From Prorocentrum cordatum (lineage: Eukaryota): a stretch of DNA of 64,000 nt. Shown piece after piece: positions 47,401-58,466 of the stretch (within the stretch, counting starts at the first letter, position 1; every line of letters begins with the position of its first letter). The stretch covers positions 310,001 through 374,000 of the forward strand of contig CAUYUJ010000237.1 in assembly GCA_963575745.1 (NCBI GenBank). Direction: 5' to 3'. The notes under the pieces are model-generated. The model saw only the letters and a program-made list of their open reading frames with translations. It did not search any database and was not told where the DNA came from. The position numbers were made by a program, and so were the translations under genes.

Positions 47401-50109
47401 GAGAGGCGGCACCAGCCGATCGCCGCGGCGGCTGGTGGCTGGGGGCGGCCGTTCCTGAAAAGCGGCTCGAGCCCCTCCCTCCCCTCCGCCCCGACAACTT
47501 TATTTCGGCGTCGTCGTCGCCCCTCCCCCCCCCTCTCCCTCTCCTCAGCAGCCCAGCGCGCTGCCCCCTCCGCCCCGCTTGCTGTATTTCGGCGTTGTGT
47601 CGACATGTGTCGATATGCGTCGCTCCCCAGCACCCCAGCGCACCGCCCCCTCCGCCCCGACGGCTTCATTTCGGCTTCGACGTCGTCGTCGCCCCCTCCC
47701 CCCCCCCCTCTTTCTCCTCGCAGCCCAGCGCCTGCCCCCTCCGCCCCGACCACTTTATTTCGGCGTCGTCGTCGCCCCCCCTGGCCCTTTTCCCCAGCAG
47801 CCCAGCGCACCGCCCTCTCCGCCCCGACCACTTTATTTCGGCGTCGTCGTCGCCCTATTTCGGCGTTGTGTCGACATGCGTCGCTTTCCCCAGCAGCCCA
47901 GCGCACCGCCCTCGCCGCCCCGACCACTTTATTTCGGCGTCGTCGTCGCCCTATTTCGGCGTTGTGTCGACATGTGTCGCTATGTGTCGCTCCCCAGCAC
48001 CCCAGCGCACCGCCCCCTCCGCCCCGACGACTTTATTTCGGCGTCGTCGTCGCCCCCCCCCTCTCCCTCTCCTCAGCAGCCCAGCGCGCTGCCCCCTCCG
48101 CCCCGACCACTTTATTCGGCGTTGTGTCGACATGTGTCGCTATGTGTCGCTCCCCAGCACCGCACCGCCCCCTCCGCCCCGACGACTTTATTTCGGCGTC
48201 GTCGTCGCCCCCCCCCCCCCCCTCTCCCTCTCCTCAGCAGCCCAGCGCGCTGCCCCCTCCGCCCCGACCGCTTTATTTCGGCGTTGTTTCGACATGCGTC
48301 GCTACGCGTCGCTCCCCAGCACCCCAGCGCGCCGCCCCCTCCGCCGCGACGACTTTATTTCGGCGTCGTCGTCGCCGCCCCCCCTTTCCTTCTCCCTCTC
48401 TTCGGCAGCCCAGTGCCGCTTGCCGCCCTTCGCCCCCGACCACTTTATTTCGGCGTCGTCGTCGCCCCCCCCCGGTCCTTTCCCCAGCAGCCCAGCGCAC
48501 CGCCCTCTCCGCCCCGACCACGGAGTCGGCGTCGCCCTATTTCGGCGTTTTGTCGACATGTGTCGCTTTCCCCAGCAGCCCAGCGCACCGCCCTCTGCCC
48601 CGACGACTTTATTTCGGCGTCGTCGTCGCCCTATTTCAGCGCGTTGTGTCGACATGTGTCGCTATGTGTCGCTCCCCAGCACCCCAGCGCACCGCCCCCT
48701 CCGCCCCGACGACTTTATTTCGGCGTCGTCGTCGCCCCCCCCCCTCTCCCTCTCCTCAGCAGCCCAGCGCGCTGCCCCCTCCGCCCCGACCACTTTATTT
48801 CGGCGTCGTCGTCGCCCCCCCTGTCCTTTTCCCCAGCAGCCCAGCGCGCCGCCCTCTCCGCCCCGACCACTTTATTTCGGCGTCGTCGTCGCCCCCCCCC
48901 ACCCCCCTCTCCCCAGCAGCCCAGCGCGCCGCCCCCTTCGCCCCGACCACTTTCTTCTCTTGCACAGCTGTGCTCTAGAGCTCGAACCTCTTTATTTTCG
49001 TTCGTTCGTCGTCGTCCCCGGCCCCAAGTCCGGCCCCGACCCTGGACCCAACCTCCCCACCCCGCCCTGGCCTCAGCCCCCCTCGCCCTGGCCCTGGCCC
49101 TGGACCCAGCCCCCCCCCCACCTGGCCCTGGCCCCAGTCCCCCTCGCCCTCGACCCTTTACTTTCGCTCGTCGTCGCCCCTGGTCCGGTCCTGGCCCTGG
49201 ACCCAACCTCCCCCCTGGTCCTGGCCCCAGCTCCCCTCGCCCCGCTGGCCCGGCCTGGACCCAGCCTCCCCCCCGCCGGCCCTGTCCCCAGTCCCCCTCG
49301 CCCTGGACCCTTTATTTTCGTTTGTCGTTGTCCCTCTGGTCCCGGCCCTGGACCCAACCTCCCCACCAGGCCCTGGCCCCAGCCCCCGTCGCCCCGCTGA
49401 CCCTGGCCCTGGACCCAGCCTCCCCCCCGGCCCTGGCCCCAGCCCACCTCGCCCTGGCAACACTTTATTTGCGCTCGTCGTCGTCTCTGGCAGCTGGTCC
49501 GGTCCTGGCCCTGGACCCAACCCCCCCCCCTTGCTGGACCCTTTGTTTTCGTTCGTCGTCCCTGGTCCGACTCTGGCCCTGGACCCAACCTCCCCACCTG
49601 GTCCTGGCCCCGTGGAGCCCCCCTCGCCCCGCTGGGTCCCTGGTCCGGTCCTGACCCTGGACCCAACCTCCCCCCCTGGTCCTGGCCCCAGCTCCCCTTG
49701 CCCCGCTGGCCCAGGGCCTGGACCCAGCCTCCCCCCCGCCGGCCCTGTCCCCAGTTCCCCTCGCCCTGGACCCTTTATTTTCGTTTGTCGTCGTCCCTCT
49801 GGTCCTGGCCCTGGACCCTGCCTCCTCCCCTGGCCCTGGCCCCCCGCCCCCCTTGCCCCGCTGGCCCTGGCCCTGGACCCAGCCTCCCCCCCCCGGCCCT
49901 GGCCCCAGTCCCCCTCGCCCTGGACCATTTGTTATCTTGCGCAGCTGTGTTCTAGAGCTCGGACCTCTTTATTTTCGCTCGTCGTCGTCGTTCGTTCGTC
50001 GTTCGTCCTCCCCCCGTCGGCCGCAAAAATAAACTCCTGGAGGAAGGGGGCGAAAGCCTCCTGTCTCTCGCGGCTCCTTAGTGCAAGAGCCAGGGCACGC
50101 GTGCCACTT

Positions 50110-50739
50110 GTTAGTCTTATTTTTCTTCGTAACATTATTATTATTCGTCTTCGCATTCTTATCTGTATTATTATTACTACTACTACTTATATCATTATTA
50201 TTATTAGTATTAGTATTATTATTGCCATTATCATTATTATGATTATAACAATAGTAATAATAAGTTTTTCTAGTATTAGTACAAATATTATTATTATTAT
50301 TAGTGTTGTTATTATTAATATTATTACTATTATTATTAGTAGTATTATTATGATGAGTAATAGTATTATGATTGTTCGTAATAGTATAATTCGTATAATT
50401 ATTTTTGGTGTTATTATTCGTATTACTCGTATTATTCTTCTTCGTCTTATTAATATTATCATTGTTATCCTTATTGGTATGAGTTGTGTTCGTCTTCTTC
50501 TTATTATTATTCTTATTAGTAGTATTCGTAGTATTAGTATTATTCTTCTTATTATTATCAATAATAACAATATTAGCATTATTACTTATAGTACTATTAC
50601 TATTAGCTGTGTTCTTCTTCCTCTTCTTCCTCGTCCTCCTCCCTCCTCCTCCTCATTCTCCTCTTCCCCCTCCTCCCCCTCCTCCTCCTCCTCCTCCGCC
50701 TCCTCCTCCCCCTCAGCAGCAGCATCATACATCATCATT

Positions 50740-50777
<38 letters not shown>

Positions 50778-50795
50778 CATCATCATAATCATCAG

Positions 50796-50833
<38 letters not shown>

Positions 50834-51227
50834 GCAGCATCATCATCATCATCATCATCATCATCAGCGTCGTCGTCATTATCATCATAATCCGCCTCAG
50901 CATCATCATCATCATCACCACCATCATCATCATCATCAGCATCAGCAATCACAAGCATCATCATCATCATCATGTCATCGTCATCGTCATCATCATCATC
51001 ATCATCTCATTCATCATCATCATCATCATCATCATCGTCATCCAGCATCAGCATCATCAGCATCAGTCATCACATCAGCATCATCATCATCCAGCCATCA
51101 TCATCATCATCATCATCATCACATCATCATCATCATCGTCATCAGCATCAGCATCATCAGCATCATCAGCATCAGCATCATCATCATCAGCAGCAACATC
51201 AGCATCATCATCATCATCAGCATCACC

Positions 51228-51261
<34 letters not shown>

Positions 51262-51303
51262 TCATCATCTCATCATCATCATCATCATCATATCAGCATC
51301 ATC

Positions 51304-51357
<54 letters not shown>

Positions 51358-51909
51358 AATCATCAGCCGCAGCAGCATCATCATCCTCATAGTCAGCATC
51401 ATCATCATCACCATCATCAGCACCATCATCATCAGCATCATCAGCATCAGCACCATCATCATCATCATCAGCATCATCAGCATCATCATTATCGTCGTCA
51501 CCGTCATCATCATCATCAGCATCATCAGCATCATCATCATCATCGTCATCATCATCATAAGAATCAACATCAGCAGCATCATCATCAGCATCAGCATCAT
51601 AATCATCAGCATCATCATCATCACCATCACCATCACCATCATCATCATCATCATCGTCGTCATCATCATCATCATCCTGATCATCATCAGCAGCATCATC
51701 ACCACAATCATCATCATGACCATCATCATCATCATCAGCAGCATCAGCATCATCATCATCGTAACCATCTCATCACCATCATCATCATCATCATCAGCAG
51801 CATCATCATCCACATCATCATCAGCATCAGCATCAGCATCAGCATCATCAGCATCATCAGCATCATCAGCATCAGCATCATCATCATCATCATCGTCATC
51901 ATCATCATC

Positions 51910-51952
<43 letters not shown>
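50110..51952. repeat. Degenerate (ATT)n, (CCT)n and long (CAT)n microsatellites
   Basis: Seen directly. Confidence 0.95.
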
Positions 51953-51955
<3 letters not shown>

Positions 51956-51974
51956 GTAGCCATTTGGGCTCAAG
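51953..51974 (+). other. Dinoflagellate spliced-leader sequence (genomic copy at an insert junction)
   Basis: TCCGTAGCCATTTGGGCTCAAG is a 21/22 match to the DinoSL. Confidence 0.92.
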
Positions 51975-52034
51975 CTGTTTCTCTCGTCTCTCGCAGACGC
52001 CCACGCGCAGCGGTCAGCGGTGCGCGATTGGGAG

Positions 52035-53153
52035 ATGAGCAGTGGCGACGGGGGGCTGCCCGCAGGCGCGATGGCGGGGCGACCCACCAGGCGCGGCAGT
52101 GCGCTGCGCAGGAAGGAGGAGGCCGAGGTAGGCGCCTGGGCGGCCCGCCGACGGGCGCGGGCACGGCGCCTCCTCGCGGCCGTGGCGGCAGTCGGCAAGG
52201 CGGCCAGCGGCGGCCCAGGTTCCTGGCAGGACCGCGAGGCTGCTGCGCGCCCCGCCTTGCGCCGAGCCGCCGCGGGATGCCGCGTCCCAGGCGCAATGCG
52301 GCGGCGGCGGAAAACCGCGTGGCACGCGCTGCTGGTCCCTGCGGGCAGATTCGCGCGAGCGTCCGCAGCGGGCCTATCGCGGGCCGCCGCAGGCCCCCGC
52401 CTGGGCTGGCTGCCCCCGGCCACAGATGGAGGGCGGCGCGCGGCGGCAACGCGCCCCCTCACCGTGAGCTTCGCGGACCAGGTCGTCGCCGTTGCGGCGG
52501 ACGGCAGCGTCCAGACGGAGCCCCTGGGTGGCAGGCCGCGCGAGCGGCCGCCCAAGGATCACCTCGGTCACCTGCGGCGGGTCTTGCGCCAGCGGCTCGA
52601 GGAGGCGCAGCGGCCCGCGCTCCCGCCTGCTGCCGCCCTGTTGGACCCGCTGCCCGAGGTGCTCGAGGTACGGATCGTCCGCATGTTTTCCCTACCCGAC
52701 AGGCTGCGGCTGTGCCAGGCCTCCTGTGGGATCGCCTGGACCCTCGCGAGCAGCCCCTGTCGGCTCGCGGAGACGCTGGAGTCGGATCTGCGGGACGCGG
52801 CGCTCCTGCAGCAGCTGGGGGGCGGCAGGCCGCACAGGGACGCGAATGCCGACGTGGACCTGGGCCTCGGTTTCGGCTCCGACTACCAGCTGACCACGCT
52901 GAGCGAGGAGCTGCACCTTTCCGCGTCGAACTGCACCCAGCACAAGGCTCTGGTCGCGAAGCAGGCCCGGGACATCCGCTCCCTACAGGAAGGCTGGGCT
53001 GCTGCGGAGCATGCGCTGCGGGACCAGCTCGCCACGCTCAGGGAGCAGCTGCAGGCATACATCGCGAGGTGCACGGATGTGCCTGCGGCCGTGGGCGAGC
53101 ACAACGACGACGCATCTGACGGATCGCTCTCGTCCCTCGTGGTGGAGGATTGA
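52035..53153 (+). CDS. SL-headed intronless ORF (372 aa from ATG) with F-box-like motif and coiled coil; probably continues as a disrupted frame to ~53873
   Basis: ATG 60 nt after the SL. LLDPLPEVLEVRIVRMFSLPDRLRLCQASC resembles the F-box pattern, and LTTLSEEL..LREQLQAYI is heptad-rich. Coding-like acidic sequence continues past the TGA. Confidence 0.5.
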   Translation: MSSGDGGLPAGAMAGRPTRRGSALRRKEEAEVGAWAARRRARARRLLAAVAAVGKAASGGPGSWQDREAAARPALRRAAAGCRVPGAMRRRRKTAWHALLVPAGRFARASAAGLSRAAAGPRLGWLPPATDGGRRAAATRPLTVSFADQVVAVAADGSVQTEPLGGRPRERPPKDHLGHLRRVLRQRLEEAQRPALPPAAALLDPLPEVLEVRIVRMFSLPDRLRLCQASCGIAWTLASSPCRLAETLESDLRDAALLQQLGGGRPHRDANADVDLGLGFGSDYQLTTLSEELHLSASNCTQHKALVAKQARDIRSLQEGWAAAEHALRDQLATLREQLQAYIARCTDVPAAVGEHNDDASDGSLSSLVVED

Positions 53154-53576
53154 GGCGATGCTTGCGAGTTCGCCGACGAGTTCGACACCTTCGATGTCCT
53201 CCTAGAGGGGGCCGTGGGCCTCAGGGCCTTGCCTCCCCTGCCCGCTCTCACCGACGGCCCACTCGGCTTCAGGGCTCTCACTTGGCTGTGGGGGCGGCAG
53301 GGATCCCACCGACATGAAGCGCCTCGCCGACGAGCTGAATTGGGCGGCTGCGACCCCCGTTCCCGAGGAACTCGAGGGCGATATGGTGACTGTGGTTCCC
53401 CAGGGCGCCGCGGCGCCTGGAGCCCACGTGGACGAGACCGAGTGGGACGACCTGCAGGCGATCATCCAGCAGCGCTGCACAGCGGGGGGGAGTCTCAGAG
53501 TCCTCCGAGGCGCTGGCCCAGCTGCTGCGGGCGACACCACTGCCCCTGCAGCTGCTGATGATGATGATGATGATGA

Positions 53577-53628
<52 letters not shown>

Positions 53629-53645
53629 ACGACGACGACGACGAC

Positions 53646-53692
<47 letters not shown>

Positions 53693-54788
53693 GGAACCGA
53701 CGGCGACGGGTTCGGCGACGTCGGCGGCCGATCCGTCCTCCACGGCGGCGATGGCATCGGCACAGGCTTCTTGCCTGCAGGCGAGCTCCTGGAGGCTGCG
53801 GCCGCCTCGCGGTCGGCCCTCGCCGAGGCCAGCCTCCTCCTCGGGGTCCCGCTCGAGGCGCCCCAGGCCTTAGACGCTCGGATGTCCGATGCGGCAATTC
53901 GCTCGCCAGTTGCTGCCGCGTTCTATTCATAATGCCCCACGGGCTCCTCGCTGGCCCTGCTGCCAGCTCTGCTCATGTAGTCTGGCGCACTGCGGCTCGG
54001 GACCCGTCGGTCCGTCGAGTGCGGTGTCGCACTGCTCGTGGAGCCAGGCGGGTCCGAGGATCACGAATGCCTGCGTCGAGCGTGCTTGCCCTCGGATGGG
54101 GGAGGGACCCCGTGGCGTATGCTGTGCCCCACGGGGCTCGCACACGTCAGGGTTCACTCCCTCCCGCCCCTCTTGGGCTCGCTGTCACTTTGTTTCGCGC
54201 TTCCGAGGCTGACAAGCGGAGAGCGAACCGTGGGCGTAGGTGAATACTGACGCTCAGGATCGAACTCCGCAGGCATTGGATGAGCTACAGTGTCTGAGTG
54301 GCCGTGGGCCTTGGACGGTGTTGCTTTTCCGACGTTCGCTTGATGCTGCTTGGCTCGGGCTGTGCACCTGCCTGCAGTTCTTTCAGGGTGGCAGCGCTAG
54401 CTGCGTACCAGCCCGCCCGATCGCACTGCTGTTCGCGCCGCTCGCGGAGGCAGAACCGTGGGGGTAGGTGCTTGCTCCGACCCTCAGGATCGCCTCCGCA
54501 CGCCTCGGCAGAAAAACGGTGTCCGCCCTGGGCCATGAGCCACAAGAGGACTATGTTGCCCTGCTGGCGCGTGCGTGCCGCCGTTGTGGGCTGAGTCGCC
54601 GTGACTGCTCGGATGCTGTGTCAACCGCTTGCTTCGGCCGAGGCGGTTGGCGGCCTCTTGGCACTCAGGTGAATCTGCGAGGGTGCCTTGGGCACGAGAC
54701 CGAGCGTTGCCGCCGCAGGGCCTAAGGGAAACGCCTCGGTCCGAGGGGCAAGACGAGCTAGGAGCTCCTGACCCCTTCAGACGCGGGG

Positions 54789-54843
<55 letters not shown>

Positions 54844-54889
54844 GCATCATCATCATCATCATCATCATCATCACCATCATCACCACCAC

Positions 54890-54935
<46 letters not shown>

Positions 54936-55120
54936 ATTATCACCATCATCATCAGCAGCATCAGCATCATCATCATCATCATCATCCTCATCCTCATCCT
55001 GATCCTCATCCTCATCATCACCATCATCATCAGCATCATCAGCATCATCATCAGCATCAGCATCAGCATCATCGTCATCATCATCACCATCATCCTCATC
55101 CTCATCATCATCCTCATCCG

Positions 55121-55176
<56 letters not shown>

Positions 55177-55412
55177 GCATCATCATCATCATCATCATCA
55201 TCGTCATCATCATCAGCATCATCATCTTCATCATCAGCACGAGCAGCATCATCAGCATTATCATCCCCATCATCAGCATCCCCATCATCACAACCACCAC
55301 CGCCACCACCATCATCATCATCAGCATCATCATCAGCAGCATCAGCATCAGCATGCATCAGCAGCAGCAGCATCATCATCATCAGCATCATCATCAGCAT
55401 CATCATCATCAG

Positions 55413-55443
<31 letters not shown>

Positions 55444-55554
55444 TTCATCATCAGCATCATCATCATAATCATCATGAGCCTCATCATCAGAATCATCAGC
55501 ATCAGCATCACCATCACCATCACCACCACCGTCACCATCATCGTCATTATTCTT

Positions 55555-55623
<69 letters not shown>

Positions 55624-55700
55624 GTCATGGTCCATCCGTCCGTCCGTCCGTCAGTCCATCCGTCCGTCCATACATCCATCCATCCATCCATCCATCCATC
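54789..55700. repeat. (CAT)n then (CCGT/CCAT)n microsatellite
   Basis: Seen directly. Confidence 0.95.
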
Positions 55701-55814
55701 CCTTGTCCTTACACATGATTCCTGTCTACCGCACCCCCAGACGATTCCGTAGAACGGGTCGGGCGGTTCGCTTGAGACTGCCTCGCCACTCATGATCCTG
55801 AAGCTTGAAATTTA

Positions 55815-56230
55815 AAACTGTTTCACGGATGGAAGGCGGGTCACTTTCAAAATGTGGCTCTCGACTTAGCACCGGGCACATTCGTCTTAAAAGTTTGCAG
55901 CAGCTCCCAAGATGGAGGGCGGGTAGCTTGCACAATGGGGCTCTCGCCTTGTCAGCACGCACATTCGTTGTCAAAACTGCTACAGATTCACGGATGGAGG
56001 GCGGATGGTGTTCAAATGTAGCTCTTGCTTTCGCGCCGCGAACAGCTTCGTCTTAAACGGTTACAGCAGCTTCCAAGATGGAGGGCGGGTAGCTTGCAAA
56101 ACGTGGCTATCGCCGTGGCGCCGCGCACATTCGCCTTCAGAACTAGCAACAGCTTCAAAGATGGAGGGCGCGTCCTTGTCAAAGCGGTGAGGCTCTCGCC
56201 TTTTCGCCGCGCACATTTGTCTTGTAGGTT
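55815..56230 (+). repeat. Diverged ~83-bp tandem repeat, 5 copies
   Basis: GATGGA(A/G)GGCG at 55828, 55911, 55993, 56077 and 56160. Confidence 0.85.
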
Positions 56231-57567
56231 TCCGACAAATTCAAGGCTTCGTATGGCCGACCTCCCAGGAATGGCGTTCTGGCACCGTGTAAAGACTGCA
56301 AGGACCCAACCCAGGAATGGTGCTCTGGCACGATGTACGATTGTCGTGACGCAGCAGCCACGCTCATCCGCGGCGCTGAAGTCCCCGGAAATGCGTTTGG
56401 ACGCGATTCAGACTTCTCATAAGGTTGTCTTCTGATAGGCCGCTTCCCGAAATGAAAGTCAGTTCTCTTAGGGACCTGTGGAGAGGGATCTTGGAGAGAG
56501 AGTGTATTGCAACAGCGTTCATGCGCATTGGGTTTACCCTGGTACTTCCCATCCTCCTCCTCCTGCTCCACCATCTTTTATTATTAATAGTGATAGCATT
56601 TGTTGTGTACTGTTCTTATTCGCATTCGTGTTATTAATAGTGTTGGTACGATTCGCTTCATTATTATTACGGTTCGTTGTCTTATTCGTTTGTCTCTTGC
56701 AAATCTTCGTATGAGTATTAGTAGGACGATTCGTACTATTGCTATTGTAGTAGTCAGTACGAATACCAGTAGTACTTTCACTCGTTTCCTCGTTGCTACT
56801 AATAGTACTAATTCTGTTATTTCTATTGCAATCATGATCATCAGCACAACTATTAGTACTGACTATCTTATTCTGCGTAATCTCATTAGTAGTATTACTC
56901 CTCCTCTTCCTCCACCCTCCTCCTCCTCCTCGTCCTTCTCCCCCCCCCCCCTCCTCCTCCTCTTCCTTCTCCTCCTCCTCCTCCTCCTCCTCCTCCTCCT
57001 CCTGCTGCTCCTCCGCACTCTCGCCCTTCCCTGCCTCGACCTCCTCTCCCTGCGTTCCCAAAGGCTGGGCTGAAAAGAGCGGGGCGGACTCGAGATCGGC
57101 TCCGTGGCGTTCACGAGCTCCTCGCCGCATCCCGCCCGCGGGAGTCCCAGACAGAGTGACGCAGCAGGCCTCCTCCTCCTCCTCCTCCTCCCCAGACTTT
57201 CGGCGGTTCGACAAAGCCGAGGCTTGGGGGCCAACTTCGAGCCTTGTGCTTGTCGAACAAAAAAACGACTCGGGATGGAAAACGGGCCCTGGGGAAAGGG
57301 TCATCTTCGTCATCCGTTTACTGGAGCGCATATCCTTCAATCAAATCCCCTGCGCACCGCCCAACCTCTGACAATGCCTCGTGTTCGGTTTCGACCAGTT
57401 GCTGTCGTCCTATGTATACGTATACAGAAAAGCATACCTGCGTACGTACGTACGTACATACATACATGCCTACCTACCTACCTACCGCCCTACCTACCTA
57501 CATACATCCATACATGCATGCATGCATGCATGCGCATGCATGCATAAACACATGAATGTAAACACAC

Positions 57568-58347
57568 ATTATCTGTACCGTTAGCGGGGGCATTACGGGA
57601 GCCGCCAGGCAGGAGGGAGAGAGAAGGGGGACGAAAGGCAAACCCCCGGAGGCCCACGAGCCCCGCCAGGGCCCGCCACCCACCGGTGCGAGCACCGGGG
57701 GTCCCCGGGACAAAGCGGCGGCCCCACGAGGGCCGAGGGCAGAGAGAGAGGAAGGGCCAACGGCTCGACTCACTCACATATCATTTTCCTCGTGACTCAC
57801 TGTCAGCCTCAAGCGAGGCTGCTGAAAGAGATCTGAGCTGGACCACAGGGCCTGGAGCCGGCGAGGATCCCAAGAGCGAATGTCGAGACATCTTACGGCC
57901 TCGAGCACGCTCGAGTCGAACGGAATCGAAACTCGGAACAGAAAAAGGGGGAGGGCGGGCTGGGCGCCTTCGGAACCAACCCCTCCCACTGCAGATAAGA
58001 CGCGTACAACTGGCAATTATCTGTACCGTTAGCGGGGGCATTACGGGAGCCGCCAGGCAGGAGGGAGAGAGAAGGGGACGAAAGGCAAACCCCCGGAGGC
58101 CCACGAGCCCCGCCAGGGCCCGCCACCCACCGGTGCGAGCACCGGGGGTCCCCGGGACAAAGCGGCGGCCCCACGAGGGCCGAGGGCAGAGAGAGAGGAA
58201 GGGCCAACGGCTCGACTCACTCACATATCATTTTCCTCGTGACTCACTGTCAGCCTCAAGCGAGGCTGCTGAAAGAGATCTGAGCTGGACCACAGGGCCT
58301 GGAGCCGGCGAGGATCCCAAGAGCGAATGTCGAGACATCTTACGGCC
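57568..58347 (-). repeat. 3' split direct repeats: B (58016-58347), 115-bp spacer A (57901-58015), B (57568-57900)
   Basis: Two ~332-bp copies that appear identical except for one G in a G-run. Confidence 0.92.
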
Positions 58348-58466
58348 AAATTGCCAATATCCCAGATCTTGGTCTTGTACAAGACGGGTGGGCGGGTTCG
58401 GGAAACTCCACAATTTGCCAATGCCTCATGACTGGTATCATATACTCTGAGCGGGCTTATGCCTAG

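Larger units (their letters stand above)
41262..47480 (-). mobile_element. Decayed full-length LINE with RNase H, copy 2
   Basis: Poly(T) at 41270-41279 is the poly(A) tail. Domain order is the same as copy 1. Candidate TSD CCC(T/C)TCCGCCCC at 41250-41261 and 47481-47492. Confidence 0.88.
40762..50106. mobile_element. Repeat-filled non-autonomous element (CTTTATTTCGGCGTCGTCGTCG and CCCTGGACCC arrays) interrupted by LINE copy 2
   Basis: 14-bp inverted pair TGGCACGCGTGCCC / GGGCACGCGTGCCA at the ends. The same minisatellite occurs at 40830-41261 and 47481-48955, and a shared TCTAGAGCTC header at about 40827, 48974 and 49950. Confidence 0.5.

Noticed and set aside
47462..47475. GGCTCGAG at the LINE copy 2 5' end as an SL remnant
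   Set aside because: A 7/8 match is too short to exceed chance.
51953..52030. SL RNA gene
   Set aside because: The 22-mer is followed by CT rather than a GT/GC donor, and no SL intron is recognisable. It fits a retroposed mRNA 5' end.
47049..52038. 783-, 691- and 835-aa ORFs with poly-His/Ile/Ser
   Set aside because: Read-through of minisatellite, (ATT)n and (CAT)n tracts.
57790..57845. Hammerhead ribozyme in the YR terminal repeat
   Set aside because: A hairpin is present, but no CUGANGA/GAAA core with three stems could be assembled on either strand.
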